The position numbers and the translations under genes were made by a program. Below are positions 1-10,370 of a stretch of 64,000 bases of DNA, one piece after another. The notes beneath the pieces were generated by a model that saw only the letters and a program-made list of their open reading frames with translations, did not search any database and was not told the DNA's origin. This DNA is from an uncultured Gammaproteobacteria bacterium (GTDB lineage Bacteria > Patescibacteriota > Microgenomatia > UBA8517): assembly GCA_964458085.1 (NCBI GenBank), contig CAYWFF010000001.1:890-64889 (forward strand), written 5' to 3'. Every line of letters starts with the position of its first letter. Position 1 is the stretch's first letter.

Positions 1-140
1 ACAGAGCAACGCCTGTATAACCGCCCAAGCTCTAGCTAGTTAGATTCCAAAAACAAGTAATTAAGCAAAAAAGTAATCAGTAATTATGAGCTTTCAAATT
101 CTAAGTTACTCAATTACCCAAATACTTAATTACAAATCTG

Positions 141-2285
141 TCAAAGTTCGCAAGTCGAAAAACCGCACTGTTTACATTTATAGCACTTTTTATCTTTCTT
201 CAACGGCACATCACAAGTCGGGCACATCTTGACTTCAGATTTCCTGTTTGCTCCTCCAAATTCAAACACCTGATCCTTTTTAGTTCTATCTCGGTAAACC
301 GTCAAACCTTTACAACCCAATTTCCAAGCTAGTACATAAGCTTCTTCAATATCATTAGGAGAAGCAGTTGAGGGCATGTTTATAGTTTTGGTAATTGCAT
401 TATCAGTCCACTTTTGGAAAGCTGCCTGCATTTTGATGTGATCACGCCAGTCGATGTCGTGAGCCACTTTGAAAACACGTTTAATGTCTGTAGGAATTTC
501 TTCTATATCCTGGATACTACCGTGACTTTCTACAATTTTTTGGATTAGGTCCTCTGAATAGATTTTTCTTTCTTTCAATTTTTCAACCAAAGTAGGTACA
601 ATTGTCCGAAGCCGCATGCCTTCCATAACATTTTGTTCATAGGCAAGAGCAAAATAAGGTTCAATCCCGAAAGAAGTCTCGCAAATTACTGCGTTACCGC
701 TTGATGGCGGAAAAGTAAGAAGAGCAACATTTCTAGGTTTTCTCTTTTTATTTGCCCAGATGGAATCAGTGACAAATGGAAACGGTCCTTTTTCATCAGC
801 CAGATCACAAGATGCATCAAATGCAGCAGTGTACATAGTTTTGGTAACTTTTTCAGCTAAATCAAAGGCTTCTTCTGAGTCATATGGAATATCAAGAAGC
901 GCCAAAGCCTCTGCCCAACCCACTGCTCCCATTCCGATCCGCCGGTGATTTCTCACTGCCTGCTGAACTTCTGAGACAGGAAACCATGACGCATCTATTA
1001 CGTTGTCCATAAGCCTGGTTGCAACTTTTACCACTTCACTTAGATGATCGTGATCAAACTTATTGTCTTTTATAAATTTTGTGAAATTCACATACCCTAA
1101 ATTACAAGATTCAAAAGGGAAAAGAGGTTCTTCCCCGCAAGGATTTGTAGCGGCAATCGGTCCGCGTTTTTTAAGAAGCGGATTTCCGAGTGCAGTTCCT
1201 TTGTTAATTGCAGATAAATTAATAATCCCCGGATCCCCGGTTTGCCAAGCCATTGTTGCCATCAAATCTAAAATGGATTTTGCGTTCACCGTGTTTACAA
1301 CTTCTTTAGTTCTTGGATTTACAAGATCCCAATTTTTACCTTTAAGGGCAGCTTCCATAAAGTCATCAGTAATGCCTACTGAAATATTTGTTTTAGGTAA
1401 ATAACCGTCTGTTTGTTTAGCGGATATAAAGTTAAAAATATCAGGATGGTCAGCGTTAAGTATCGCCATATTGCCCGACTCATATTTTCCCTCCTGCCTG
1501 AAAAGACTGGTCATCAGATCAAACATTTCAATCATTTTGACCGGACCTGCTGCAAGTTCAGGGATCCCACCTACCAAATCCCCCTCAGGCCGGATGTTAG
1601 AGAAATTGTATCCGCAACCCCCTCCGTGTTTTTTAATGAGTGTGGATTTATGCAATATCTCAAAAATATCGTTAATGTCATCTGTCATAGGCCAGACAAA
1701 ACAATTTGCCAACTGAGGAGTTTGCTTGCCTGCGTTTGCGAGAGTCCGGGTTCCGGGTAAAAATTCAAATGACTCCATAATTCCTAAAAACTTACTAAAC
1801 CACTTTTCCTGTTTTGCCTTGGTTTTTTCAACAGAAGAGAGTGTTTTTGCAACACGGGTAAGCATTCCTTTTGGAGATTCTATAATTTTCCCCGCTTTGT
1901 CCCTGCGTAGGTACCTCATCTTTAAAATGTAAAGCGTGTTGTATGAAAGCCCTATGTCGTCTTTTACCCCCAATGCATTTTTATCCTGTTTAATATGTTT
2001 CTTATTTTCTCGGAAGCGTATGTAGGCTTTTGCAGTCTTTGCATGTCCGCGCTCAATTAAAACCTTTTCCACAATTTCTCCGATTTCTGATGTTAAAACC
2101 GCTTCGCCATTCGGATAACGATTGTTGACAAATGCCACAACTTCCCCGGTAATTTGTTCTGCCAAAGTTTTATCACTCCCGCCTACACTTTGGGCAGCAA
2201 GCCAAATACTGGTGAGGATTTTTTCCGGGCTAAAGACTTCTTTTTGGCCGATATTTTTTAGTACTAGTTTTTCTTGTTTTGCCAT
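141..2285 (-). CDS. nrdJ: Class II (adenosylcobalamin-dependent) ribonucleotide reductase, copy 1; N-terminal ATP-cone, C-terminal Zn ribbon
   Basis: QLANCFV, TNPCGEEPL (thiyl radical Cys), ESCNLG, ITKTIN, GCKGLTVYRD; ATP-cone-like N-terminus; CPTC...CKQC tail. Confidence 0.9.
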   Translation of the reverse strand: MAKQEKLVLKNIGQKEVFSPEKILTSIWLAAQSVGGSDKTLAEQITGEVVAFVNNRYPNGEAVLTSEIGEIVEKVLIERGHAKTAKAYIRFRENKKHIKQDKNALGVKDDIGLSYNTLYILKMRYLRRDKAGKIIESPKGMLTRVAKTLSSVEKTKAKQEKWFSKFLGIMESFEFLPGTRTLANAGKQTPQLANCFVWPMTDDINDIFEILHKSTLIKKHGGGCGYNFSNIRPEGDLVGGIPELAAGPVKMIEMFDLMTSLFRQEGKYESGNMAILNADHPDIFNFISAKQTDGYLPKTNISVGITDDFMEAALKGKNWDLVNPRTKEVVNTVNAKSILDLMATMAWQTGDPGIINLSAINKGTALGNPLLKKRGPIAATNPCGEEPLFPFESCNLGYVNFTKFIKDNKFDHDHLSEVVKVATRLMDNVIDASWFPVSEVQQAVRNHRRIGMGAVGWAEALALLDIPYDSEEAFDLAEKVTKTMYTAAFDASCDLADEKGPFPFVTDSIWANKKRKPRNVALLTFPPSSGNAVICETSFGIEPYFALAYEQNVMEGMRLRTIVPTLVEKLKERKIYSEDLIQKIVESHGSIQDIEEIPTDIKRVFKVAHDIDWRDHIKMQAAFQKWTDNAITKTINMPSTASPNDIEEAYVLAWKLGCKGLTVYRDRTKKDQVFEFGGANRKSEVKMCPTCDVPLKKDKKCYKCKQCGFSTCEL

Positions 2286-2327
2286 AAAACTGGTTTAGTT
2301 CAATCGTTATAAAAAACTCTTACTTTT

Positions 2328-4670
2328 CTAGATTTTGCATTTGCTCCAACCGCATTCTTTGCAAGTCACACAACCGCCTTCAAATTCAACAACCCCTCCG
2401 CATTCCGGACACTCTTTTTCGTCGTAAACTTCAACTTGTGCAATTGCCTGACCTGTTAATTTTTTAGACGAAGCTTTCTGTTTAATGCCGGCATTTAAAA
2501 CCTGATCATCTTTACTGCCGTCCCGATAAATAGTAATTCCTTTACAACCCAATTTCCATGCTAAAAGATAGGCTTTTTTAACATCACCAACCGTTGCTGA
2601 ATTTCTGAAATTAACCGTTTTTGAAACTGAATTATCGGCATAGCGTTGGAAAGCTCCTTGTATCCGAACATGCCACTCAGGGTCAATATCGTGAGTTGTA
2701 ACAAAAACTTTCTGGATATCTTGGGGTATTTCTTTCATGCCTTGAATCGACCCGTGGTTTTCTGCTATTTTTGCAATTAATTCTTTTGAATATAAACCCC
2801 GCTCTTTTAAAACCGCTTCAAAATTAGGCTCTACATAGAAAAGCGACGCAGTTGAGCGGTTTTTGGAGTCTTCGTTGTAAAAGGACCGTCTGGTATATAC
2901 AAGTGCAAACAAAGGTTCAATCCCAGAAGTTGTATTTCCGATCATTGAAACAGTACCGGTGGGTGCAATTGTAATCATGGTGCAATTTCTGTATTTTTCA
3001 GCAGATCCTTTATAGGTTGATATATCCCAATTAGGGAAAACGCCTCGGGTCTTTGCTAATTCAAGTGACGCATCCTCAGCGTTTTTCTTCACAAATTTTG
3101 CAATTTTGTCGGCAATTCTAACGCCTTCCGCAGTGTTGTAACCCACGCCCATTTTAAATAAAACTTCAGCAAAACCGATCATTCCAACTCCTATTTTCCG
3201 GTTGCCGTATTTAACCAGCCGCTCTGTTTCTGTCAAAACATAGGCATTTACTTCAATCATATTGTCCAAAAACCGAACGACGGTTTTAACGGTTTGTGCC
3301 AAATCGTCCCAATCCATTTCATAGCTTCCGTTCTGTTTCACCAAGTGACTGGCCAAGTGGACAGAAGTCAGGTTGCAGGATTCATACGGCAGTAAAGGCT
3401 GTTCTCCGCAGGGGTTTGTAGCATCCAGTTTTCCCAAAGTTGGCGTGAAATTATCCTCTTCCATCCTATCAAGAAATATCATTCCCGGATCTCCAGTTTT
3501 CCACGCGTGTTCACAAATATCATCAAAGAGTTTTTTCGCTCTGACGGATTTTACCGTAATACCGTTTCTGGGATTCACCAGATTAAAACGTTTATCAGAC
3601 ACTACGGCGTCCATAAATTCGTTGGTTACACCGACTGAAATATTAAAGTTCTTCATCAAACCATCCTGATCTTTAACTGAGATAAATTCATAAATATCGG
3701 GATGTTCAACATTGAGTATTCCCATATTTCCGCCGTGCCTTTTTGCACCCTGAACTATTTTTGAAAGTGCTGCAGAATATACCTGCAGAAAATCAACCGG
3801 TCCTGAAGCGGCGTTGGGAATATTTCTTACTTTATCTCCTTTAAATCTGATTTGACTGAAATTAAATCCTGTCCCACCATAATTCTTCTGAATTAGTGCA
3901 GCGTCTCCCAATGTTTTAAAAATTGCACCTATTGAGTCCGTTACCGGTAAAACAAAACAGGGAGACAATTGCTGAAGGCAAGCTTCATTTCCCGCTTCAT
4001 ACAAAGCACTTCTGGTACACACAAATTTAAAACGCGCCATTTTGTCAAAAAATATTCTGGCAACCTGTTCAACCAGCTTTTCGTCCCCCCAGGTAATCTC
4101 CGCTTTTGCCAAGTGTTTTGCTACCCGCCAAAATATTTGACCCGGAGTTTCCAGAAGATCCCCGCTTGAGTCCTGTTTGGAACATCGGGAAACCAACGTG
4201 AGTTTAGCGTTTTCTGTCATTTTAGGTTCCCACATTTTATAAGAAGATTTTTTTGCACTTAGCTTTCTCTCTTTAAAGAGAATGTAATATTTTGCAGCTT
4301 TGAAGTATCCCGCTTCAGCTATAATCGGTTCTACAATGTCCCGGATTTTTTTGGTAGTAATTGTCTCCTTGTCGATTTCTGAAAGAATAATGTAAACTTT
4401 TTTAAAGATGTCCTTTGCGGTTTTTTGACTGTATGTCTTAGTGTCTTTGCCGACGAGAATTATACTTTTACTTAGTTTTTGTAAACTGAATTTTTCTTTA
4501 TCCCCTGTACTTTTGATTACCGTTTCTATTTTCAAGTGAGGCAGTGAAGCTGCCGAACTGCTTATTTTTAAATCACCATAACTAACAGTGGCTAACATTT
4601 CACCCGGAGGGCTGCCTCTACCGTTTGTTGATTTTTGGAGGTTTTTTAAACTGCCGTTATTTTTTTTCAT
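2328..4670 (-). CDS. nrdJ: Class II ribonucleotide reductase, copy 2; ATP-cone, C-terminal Zn ribbon
   Basis: QLSPCFV, TNPCGEQPL, ESCNLTS, IAPTGTVS, VSKTVN, GCKGITIYRDGS; CPECG...CKECGWSKC. Confidence 0.9.
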   Translation of the reverse strand: MKKNNGSLKNLQKSTNGRGSPPGEMLATVSYGDLKISSSAASLPHLKIETVIKSTGDKEKFSLQKLSKSIILVGKDTKTYSQKTAKDIFKKVYIILSEIDKETITTKKIRDIVEPIIAEAGYFKAAKYYILFKERKLSAKKSSYKMWEPKMTENAKLTLVSRCSKQDSSGDLLETPGQIFWRVAKHLAKAEITWGDEKLVEQVARIFFDKMARFKFVCTRSALYEAGNEACLQQLSPCFVLPVTDSIGAIFKTLGDAALIQKNYGGTGFNFSQIRFKGDKVRNIPNAASGPVDFLQVYSAALSKIVQGAKRHGGNMGILNVEHPDIYEFISVKDQDGLMKNFNISVGVTNEFMDAVVSDKRFNLVNPRNGITVKSVRAKKLFDDICEHAWKTGDPGMIFLDRMEEDNFTPTLGKLDATNPCGEQPLLPYESCNLTSVHLASHLVKQNGSYEMDWDDLAQTVKTVVRFLDNMIEVNAYVLTETERLVKYGNRKIGVGMIGFAEVLFKMGVGYNTAEGVRIADKIAKFVKKNAEDASLELAKTRGVFPNWDISTYKGSAEKYRNCTMITIAPTGTVSMIGNTTSGIEPLFALVYTRRSFYNEDSKNRSTASLFYVEPNFEAVLKERGLYSKELIAKIAENHGSIQGMKEIPQDIQKVFVTTHDIDPEWHVRIQGAFQRYADNSVSKTVNFRNSATVGDVKKAYLLAWKLGCKGITIYRDGSKDDQVLNAGIKQKASSKKLTGQAIAQVEVYDEKECPECGGVVEFEGGCVTCKECGWSKCKI

Positions 4671-4709
4671 AAATATAACTAATCACTAAATACTAAAACT
4701 CACCTGTCG

Positions 4710-7172
4710 TCAACACTCTGAATATCCGCAACCATGACATGTTTTGCAACCCATTTCGTGTACTAAAGTTGCGTTTCCGCATGAAGGGCACATATCTGCC
4801 TGTTTTGTAACTAATTCCATTTGAGCAGGAACTGCTTGCTCTTGTAAAGGAAGAGTCTGCTGCTCCTCGGCATAGCTGTTTCCGTTGCCGTTTATAGCAT
4901 GAGGGTCTTGTTTCTCTTTACCCGAAAGCATTCCCATATCCATAGCAAGCGCTTTTGCTATAGCATCGGGAAGCGATAGTATTTTCTCTGATCCGAAACC
5001 TACTGTCCGAGCTCCCCCAATACCCATAAGCTGATCGATTATAAATACTGCCCGCTCTCTCGTGCTTAGGTTGCTGCCGAATCTCAATGATTTCGAAATT
5101 AACCTGCCTAAAGCTTCCGCCATAGCCTGAACATCACTCCCCGCACGGCCGATATTTATAAACAACTCAACCGGCGCTCCCGTCTCATCGTGGTTAACTG
5201 TAATAAACGCCGTCCCCACCGGAGTTTTCAGGCGATAAGTTGCGCCAATTACTTTAGTGGGGCGAATCCAATTGTAGGACTTTTGCAATTCGCCATTTAC
5301 GTTTTCGGGTGAAATTTCACTTTTACCTGCTTCTTTACCTTTAGAGCTTTCGTCTGCCCTGATTAATGTTCCCTCACGCGATCCTTCTCGCATATAAGAA
5401 ATTCCCTTACATCCCGTTTCGTAAGCAAGTTCATATAGTTTTTTAACATCGTCCACGCTGTGAGTTTTTGGCGCGTTTACGGTTTTACTAATGGAAGAAT
5501 CGGTATAATGCTGAATTAATGATTGAATTTGTACATGCTCCGCAGGAGTTAAATCATCAGCAACAACAAAATATTCCGGCATAGTTTCAGTTCCGTTTTC
5601 ATCAACCCACTCCTGATATAACGGGTGGTACATAGTTCTCTCGCCTAGTCGATCCTTTTGGATATAAGAAAAAGAAAAGACCGGTTCTATTCCAGATGAT
5701 GCTCCTGCTAAAAGCGCAATTTTCCCGGTCGGTGCTTCAGTCAGGATAAGTGCATTTCTTATCCCGTGTTTTTTAATATTTTTCCGAATGCCTTGAGGCA
5801 TGGTCCTCATAAATCCGCTGGCAAGAAACTTGTCTGCCATGAACTGCGGGAAAGCCCCTTTTTCCTTTGCCAGATCCACTGACGTTTCATAAGCGACATC
5901 CCGAAGCGTCCGGTAAATTTTTTCAATCACTTCAAGAGACTTCTTGGATCCATAGCGAATTTTCATTTTTATAAGAGCGTCAGCTAAACCCAAAGTTCCC
6001 AGCCCAATACGTCTCTCACGCGCCTGAACTTCCTCTATTTCGGGATATAAATATTTCTCGGCATCAACTGCATTATCCAGGAACCGCACTCCTGAGCGGA
6101 CAACATCAGAAAACTCTTTATAGTCAAAAAGACCCCCGGAGACAAATGAGGAAAGATTGATTGAGCTTAAATTACAAACACCCCACGCAGGTAATCCCTG
6201 TTCGCCGCAAGGGTTTGTAGCAATGTTTTTTTCAAAGTACCAGGTGTTGTTCATTTCGTTGTATCTATCCATGAAGACTACTCCCGGTTCAGCCGAAGCC
6301 CAAGCAGAGTTACAAATTTTGTCCCATAGATAGCGGGCTTTTTCTGTTTTATACACCCTTACAGGGTGGCCTTTAGATTCCCAGTCGGACATATCTCCCT
6401 GCCAGTCTGTCCGGTAGTGAGGTGAGTCGGTATCCGGGAATTTAAGATCCCAATTGGCATCACTTTTTACAGCCTTCATAAAAGAATCTGAGACACAAAC
6501 GCTTAAATTTGCTCCTAAAATTTTCCCCTGTTCTTTTTTGACAGTAATAAATTCCTCCAAATCAGGATGCCAATCCCACAACATAATCATAAGAGCTCCT
6601 CTTCTGGTCCCTCCCTGTTGAATAATGTCATGAGCAGCCACAGAATAAATATTTGCCCAGCTAACTGCTCCCGAACTTGTACCATTAACTGACTTTAAAT
6701 AAGATCCACGCGGCCGCAGGCTTGAGAGATTAAAACCAACTCCTCCGCCCCGAGCACTTATCTCAGTCATTTGTTCAAGTGTTTTAATTATGCCTTTTCT
6801 GGTATCTTCGGGACTAGGTATTACAAAACAGTTAATCATAGTCGTGTCAGTACCTGTTCCTGCGGTTGTCAAAAATCGGCCTGCGGGACAGAATCTAAAA
6901 TCAGTCATTGCATCAAAGAACTTTGCTTCCCATTCTTTTTTCAACTTTGGCGTTTTTTCTACTTGAGCAAGAGCTTTGGCGACTCTTTTCCACATTTGCT
7001 CTGGATATTTTTCAAGCGGGCTGCCGACTTCGTCTTTCAAGGAATAGCGGTCAAGGAACAGTTTCTGTCTTATACCGGAAAGCTCGGTTCCATTGTCGAG
7101 TTCAAAATAATACCGGTTGGAGCCTGAATATGCTTTTCTTTTTGTTTTTTTTGCAGAACTTTGTAGTTGCAT
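4710..7172 (-). CDS. nrdJ: Class II ribonucleotide reductase, copy 3, with C-terminal TSCPD-like domain and Zn ribbon
   Basis: MINCFV, QGGTRRGA, TNPCGEQ, GVCNLSS, ISKTVN; TPVGTAFITVN...ELFINIG...SLPDAIA domain; CPSCG...CHGCGYSEC. Confidence 0.92.
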   Translation of the reverse strand: MQLQSSAKKTKRKAYSGSNRYYFELDNGTELSGIRQKLFLDRYSLKDEVGSPLEKYPEQMWKRVAKALAQVEKTPKLKKEWEAKFFDAMTDFRFCPAGRFLTTAGTGTDTTMINCFVIPSPEDTRKGIIKTLEQMTEISARGGGVGFNLSSLRPRGSYLKSVNGTSSGAVSWANIYSVAAHDIIQQGGTRRGALMIMLWDWHPDLEEFITVKKEQGKILGANLSVCVSDSFMKAVKSDANWDLKFPDTDSPHYRTDWQGDMSDWESKGHPVRVYKTEKARYLWDKICNSAWASAEPGVVFMDRYNEMNNTWYFEKNIATNPCGEQGLPAWGVCNLSSINLSSFVSGGLFDYKEFSDVVRSGVRFLDNAVDAEKYLYPEIEEVQARERRIGLGTLGLADALIKMKIRYGSKKSLEVIEKIYRTLRDVAYETSVDLAKEKGAFPQFMADKFLASGFMRTMPQGIRKNIKKHGIRNALILTEAPTGKIALLAGASSGIEPVFSFSYIQKDRLGERTMYHPLYQEWVDENGTETMPEYFVVADDLTPAEHVQIQSLIQHYTDSSISKTVNAPKTHSVDDVKKLYELAYETGCKGISYMREGSREGTLIRADESSKGKEAGKSEISPENVNGELQKSYNWIRPTKVIGATYRLKTPVGTAFITVNHDETGAPVELFINIGRAGSDVQAMAEALGRLISKSLRFGSNLSTRERAVFIIDQLMGIGGARTVGFGSEKILSLPDAIAKALAMDMGMLSGKEKQDPHAINGNGNSYAEEQQTLPLQEQAVPAQMELVTKQADMCPSCGNATLVHEMGCKTCHGCGYSEC

Positions 7173-7175
7173 ATT

Positions 7176-7616
7176 TTAATCTTTTATTGCTTTGGCAAAA
7201 TCTTCAAGGTCTTCAAATTCCAAGTACACACTGGCAAATCTAAGCCAAGCCACTCTGTCCACTTTCTTTAATCTTTTTAAAACAGCACGACCGATCGCTT
7301 TTGAGGATACTTCTTCTTTCTCTTTTCTAAGCATCTCCCGCTCGACAGAATCAATCACAGAATTAATAAAATCGAGAGGAAGCGGCCGTTTTTCAACCGC
7401 TCTCAAAATCCCGCGTTTCACTTTTTCTCTGTCAAAAAGTTCCCGTCTGCCATCTTTTTTAATTACCCATATACCGTTGCCTTTAACCGTTTCATAAGTA
7501 GTAAAACGCTTTTTGCACTTAATACATTCTCGTCTTCTTCGTATGCTATGACCTTCGTCCCCTGAGCGAGATTCCAATACTTGCGTATTGGCAGTTGCAC
7601 AAAACGGACATTTCAT
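7176..7616 (-). CDS. nrdR: Transcriptional repressor NrdR
   Basis: MKCPFC...SIRRRRECIKCKKRFTTYE zinc ribbon, ATP-cone, AWLRFASVY. Confidence 0.97.
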   Translation of the reverse strand: MKCPFCATANTQVLESRSGDEGHSIRRRRECIKCKKRFTTYETVKGNGIWVIKKDGRRELFDREKVKRGILRAVEKRPLPLDFINSVIDSVEREMLRKEKEEVSSKAIGRAVLKRLKKVDRVAWLRFASVYLEFEDLEDFAKAIKD

Positions 7617-7707
7617 AAATTTTTTATAAGTAATTAATATTAAATGTTAAAACACCTGTACCATAAGTAAATTTATCAAAAACCTCTTTCACAGGTGTAA
7701 ACAAAAG

Positions 7708-7755
7708 TCACTATTGGTAGCGACAGAAACAATGATTAAACACTAGATGTGTAAA
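7708..7755. promoter_or_regulatory. Tandem NrdR boxes upstream of the nrdR-nrdJ x3 operon
   Basis: TCACTATTGGTAGCGA (7708-7723) and ACACTAGATGTGTAAA (7740-7755) resemble acaCwAtATaTwGtgt and start 32 bp apart, the usual tandem spacing. Confidence 0.65.
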
Positions 7756-7929
7756 GTCAACTACTAAGATATACGTCAAAACATATCACTACAAGCACAA
7801 CGTCAGCCTAAAAAAAGCAATAAATTAAACTTCTTTTTCCGCGAAAAAACAATTCAGGTTAAAGCGGTTATAATGCGATAAATTGGGGGTAAATCTATGA
7901 GGTAATTATTTTAACAAAAGTAAAGTTAA

Positions 7930-8556
7930 TTACCAGTTATAAGGGTTTTCCGGTGGTTCCATTCCTTCTTCAGCCATTGCTACACGAACTCCTTGATAAA
8001 TAACTTTGGGATAGCTAGCCGAGCTCACAAGAGCTGCCTGTAAATCTCCGGTAACACTTTCACTCATAGCATCAATTATTTCCGCATGCTTGAGCGATGC
8101 AGTTGCAAGCGTTGTAAGAAACTCTTTCACTTCCCTACCGGCTTTTCTGTTTTCTTCTTCTTTCAAAAATGCCCGTTCCAGATATTTTTCAGCTTTTGAC
8201 AGGGTAGAAATTGCGAGTTCAGTTTTACCTTTTTCTAAAAGCTTTATACTTGACACCAATCGCTTATCTGCAAAAAGTAAAAGCAGTTCTGCTTCCCTTT
8301 CCGGATTTGAAGTTGAAGCAAGCCACAATTGATCGCGTATTACTTTTATGGACCACCAAGGAGAATCAGGAAGAACTTTCCCCGGATTGGGAAATCCATA
8401 CTCAACCGGATTTTCGTTTTTACTGATTATCAGCGTTTCCTGAAGCGGAAAGTCATATTGGACAGCCGCCGATCTGAAGACTGATATAAAAAGTATAACA
8501 AAAGCTAAAGACACTAGAGTAAGTACAAGCAATAATTTACGGAGCATTAGGTACAC
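7930..8556 (-). CDS. DUF5667-like membrane-anchored protein
   Basis: N-terminal TM; LPDSPWWSIK...LLLLFADKRL pattern. Confidence 0.7.
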   Translation of the reverse strand: MYLMLRKLLLVLTLVSLAFVILFISVFRSAAVQYDFPLQETLIISKNENPVEYGFPNPGKVLPDSPWWSIKVIRDQLWLASTSNPEREAELLLLFADKRLVSSIKLLEKGKTELAISTLSKAEKYLERAFLKEEENRKAGREVKEFLTTLATASLKHAEIIDAMSESVTGDLQAALVSSASYPKVIYQGVRVAMAEEGMEPPENPYNW

Positions 8557-8598
8557 TTATGGTAGATTTGGATATTAAAAATGTCAAGGAAGGTCCGG

Positions 8599-9255
8599 TC
8601 AGCGAAAAAGCATTATCGGCCATTCCCAAAAAATATGAAGTAGGATGGATGCCGTAACATTTTTAGTTCTGGCAAATACAAAAGCAGACCCTATACCGAA
8701 AATTGTCGTCAATATTAGAAATATAATTGAAGTGTTGGTATCGATATCAAACCAAAAAAGAGTAATAGGAATATGAATCAACCCCCAAACAACGCTGGTG
8801 GCAAGATTTGCTACCCATTCATTCGAGAGGGCATGCCAAACCCTGTTAAAAATAAAACCGCGAAAAACAATTTCCTCTGAAATGGCTGTTGCAAGAGACA
8901 GCCCTATTGAAACAAAAAAGAGCTTATCTCCTACATTTGCCCCAAAATCAAATTCTTGATACTTTATATAATTGACAAAAACTCCCTCAATTGCAAATAT
9001 AAGCCCTAATCCGATTGACAAATATATAGCAGGGAATAAGTTTTTTGAAGTTATCCCAATGGTTTCCAGAGAGGAATGTTCTTTTTTTAGAAAATAAATG
9101 ACCGGAGTCAGCCATAAAATAGGTTTAACAACAAGTTCTTCGATTTCGACCGGTAATTTAAACAACAACCTGTAAAAGCCCCAAAATACCAGTATATAAG
9201 CCGCGAGCAAAGTGGCGTGTTTTATGGCGGTTTCTTTTTTGGGCATTTTACTCAA
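8599..9255 (-). CDS. CPBP (CAAX/Abi) intramembrane glutamic endopeptidase
   Basis: SEEIVFRG, WGLIH, SILLH motifs; multiple TM helices. Confidence 0.9.
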   Translation of the reverse strand: MSKMPKKETAIKHATLLAAYILVFWGFYRLLFKLPVEIEELVVKPILWLTPVIYFLKKEHSSLETIGITSKNLFPAIYLSIGLGLIFAIEGVFVNYIKYQEFDFGANVGDKLFFVSIGLSLATAISEEIVFRGFIFNRVWHALSNEWVANLATSVVWGLIHIPITLFWFDIDTNTSIIFLILTTIFGIGSAFVFARTKNVTASILLHIFWEWPIMLFR

Positions 9256-9773
9256 TCAGGCTGCATATTAATTGTACACTCTTTATAAGCAAAATCTATT
9301 GCATGGACAACATCTTTAACCCTAGTCTGAGCTTCCATTAAAGAAACTGCATTTGCTTCATTCGGAAACCAATGAAAAAGAAGATTGCGGGACATTTTCC
9401 ATGTTTCCCACAGTTCTTTTGCCAATGCCTGCCCTCCACAGTAACGTTCAATTTTTTCATATACACTCTCTTCATTAGGATCCTTTTCAAGAGAAGGATT
9501 GAGTGCCCGGCCGATTCTGAAACGTTTACCGTCATATTCGCCTTTAGTGATAAACCCCATATCCAAAAAGAACTTTTTCAAAAATCCTTCATAAGCTTTT
9601 GCTGCAGGAAAAACAATAAAAGAATAGTCATGAAATTCTTCATCCCACCTTTCTACCCTGTCACAAAGAATTAAGGATTCTTTTAAGAGTTCCTGAAGAT
9701 CGTGCGCAATATAGGTCCACCACTGTCTTTTTTCCAAATCCTGTATATCGTACATAGTGTTATTGTAGCCCAA
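9252..9773 (-). CDS. Stand-alone HEPN-domain protein resembling the RnlA/RNase LS nuclease domain (likely start 9755)
   Basis: DYSFIVFPAAKAYEGFLKK helix and RNLLFH (RxxxxH) motif. Confidence 0.65.
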   Translation of the reverse strand: MGYNNTMYDIQDLEKRQWWTYIAHDLQELLKESLILCDRVERWDEEFHDYSFIVFPAAKAYEGFLKKFFLDMGFITKGEYDGKRFRIGRALNPSLEKDPNEESVYEKIERYCGGQALAKELWETWKMSRNLLFHWFPNEANAVSLMEAQTRVKDVVHAIDFAYKECTINMQPD

Positions 9774-10275
9774 TTGTAATTGAAATTGCAGTAGTTTCTG
9801 ATTTCGGAGTCAGACCGATAAAACCTGTATAGTGACAGGAAAGAGATCTGTCGATGCACCACAACGCTTTGAGCGATTCATCAGAAACTGTTTTTTTAAT
9901 TGAAGCTATATATGTTTCGGAGGAGTCTGATATTTCCATTTCCCACCCTGCTTCCGGCAGTACCTGAGAGTAATAGGATGATACTTTTGACAATTCGTCA
10001 GGGCTTTCCAAAACGACCGACATACCTATTGACCCTTTCGCTTCGCTGCTCCATGAACTTACTATTGTTGCTCCTGGATATATCGGCAGATCTTTGGGAA
10101 ATTGGAGAGGTATCCTTTTTTCATTGTCTTGCGTGACTGGCGCGTCACTCTGGGAAGAAGGTAAACTCTCCGTTGGCATACTGTCTGAAGTGAAAATAAG
10201 TTTATATACCAATATGCCGAGTAAAACGAAAACAAAAATTGTTATGATAAAAATAATGCTTTTCCTGCTTCGCAT
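9760..10275 (-). CDS. Membrane-anchored hypothetical protein
   Basis: N-terminal TM; FPKDLPIYPGA motif. Confidence 0.7.
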   Translation of the reverse strand: MRSRKSIIFIITIFVFVLLGILVYKLIFTSDSMPTESLPSSQSDAPVTQDNEKRIPLQFPKDLPIYPGATIVSSWSSEAKGSIGMSVVLESPDELSKVSSYYSQVLPEAGWEMEISDSSETYIASIKKTVSDESLKALWCIDRSLSCHYTGFIGLTPKSETTAISITIGLQ

Positions 10276-10370
10276 ACATTACTATAACATGACCATTTGT
10301 ATTCCAACTGCCTTTTTGGCAATAAACCTAAGATGCAAAAAAGATAAATCTCTCATATAATTTGTAGGCG

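Noticed and set aside
141-7172. Inteins or introns in the RNR genes
   Set aside because: Motifs are contiguous and lengths are normal; no intein termini seen.
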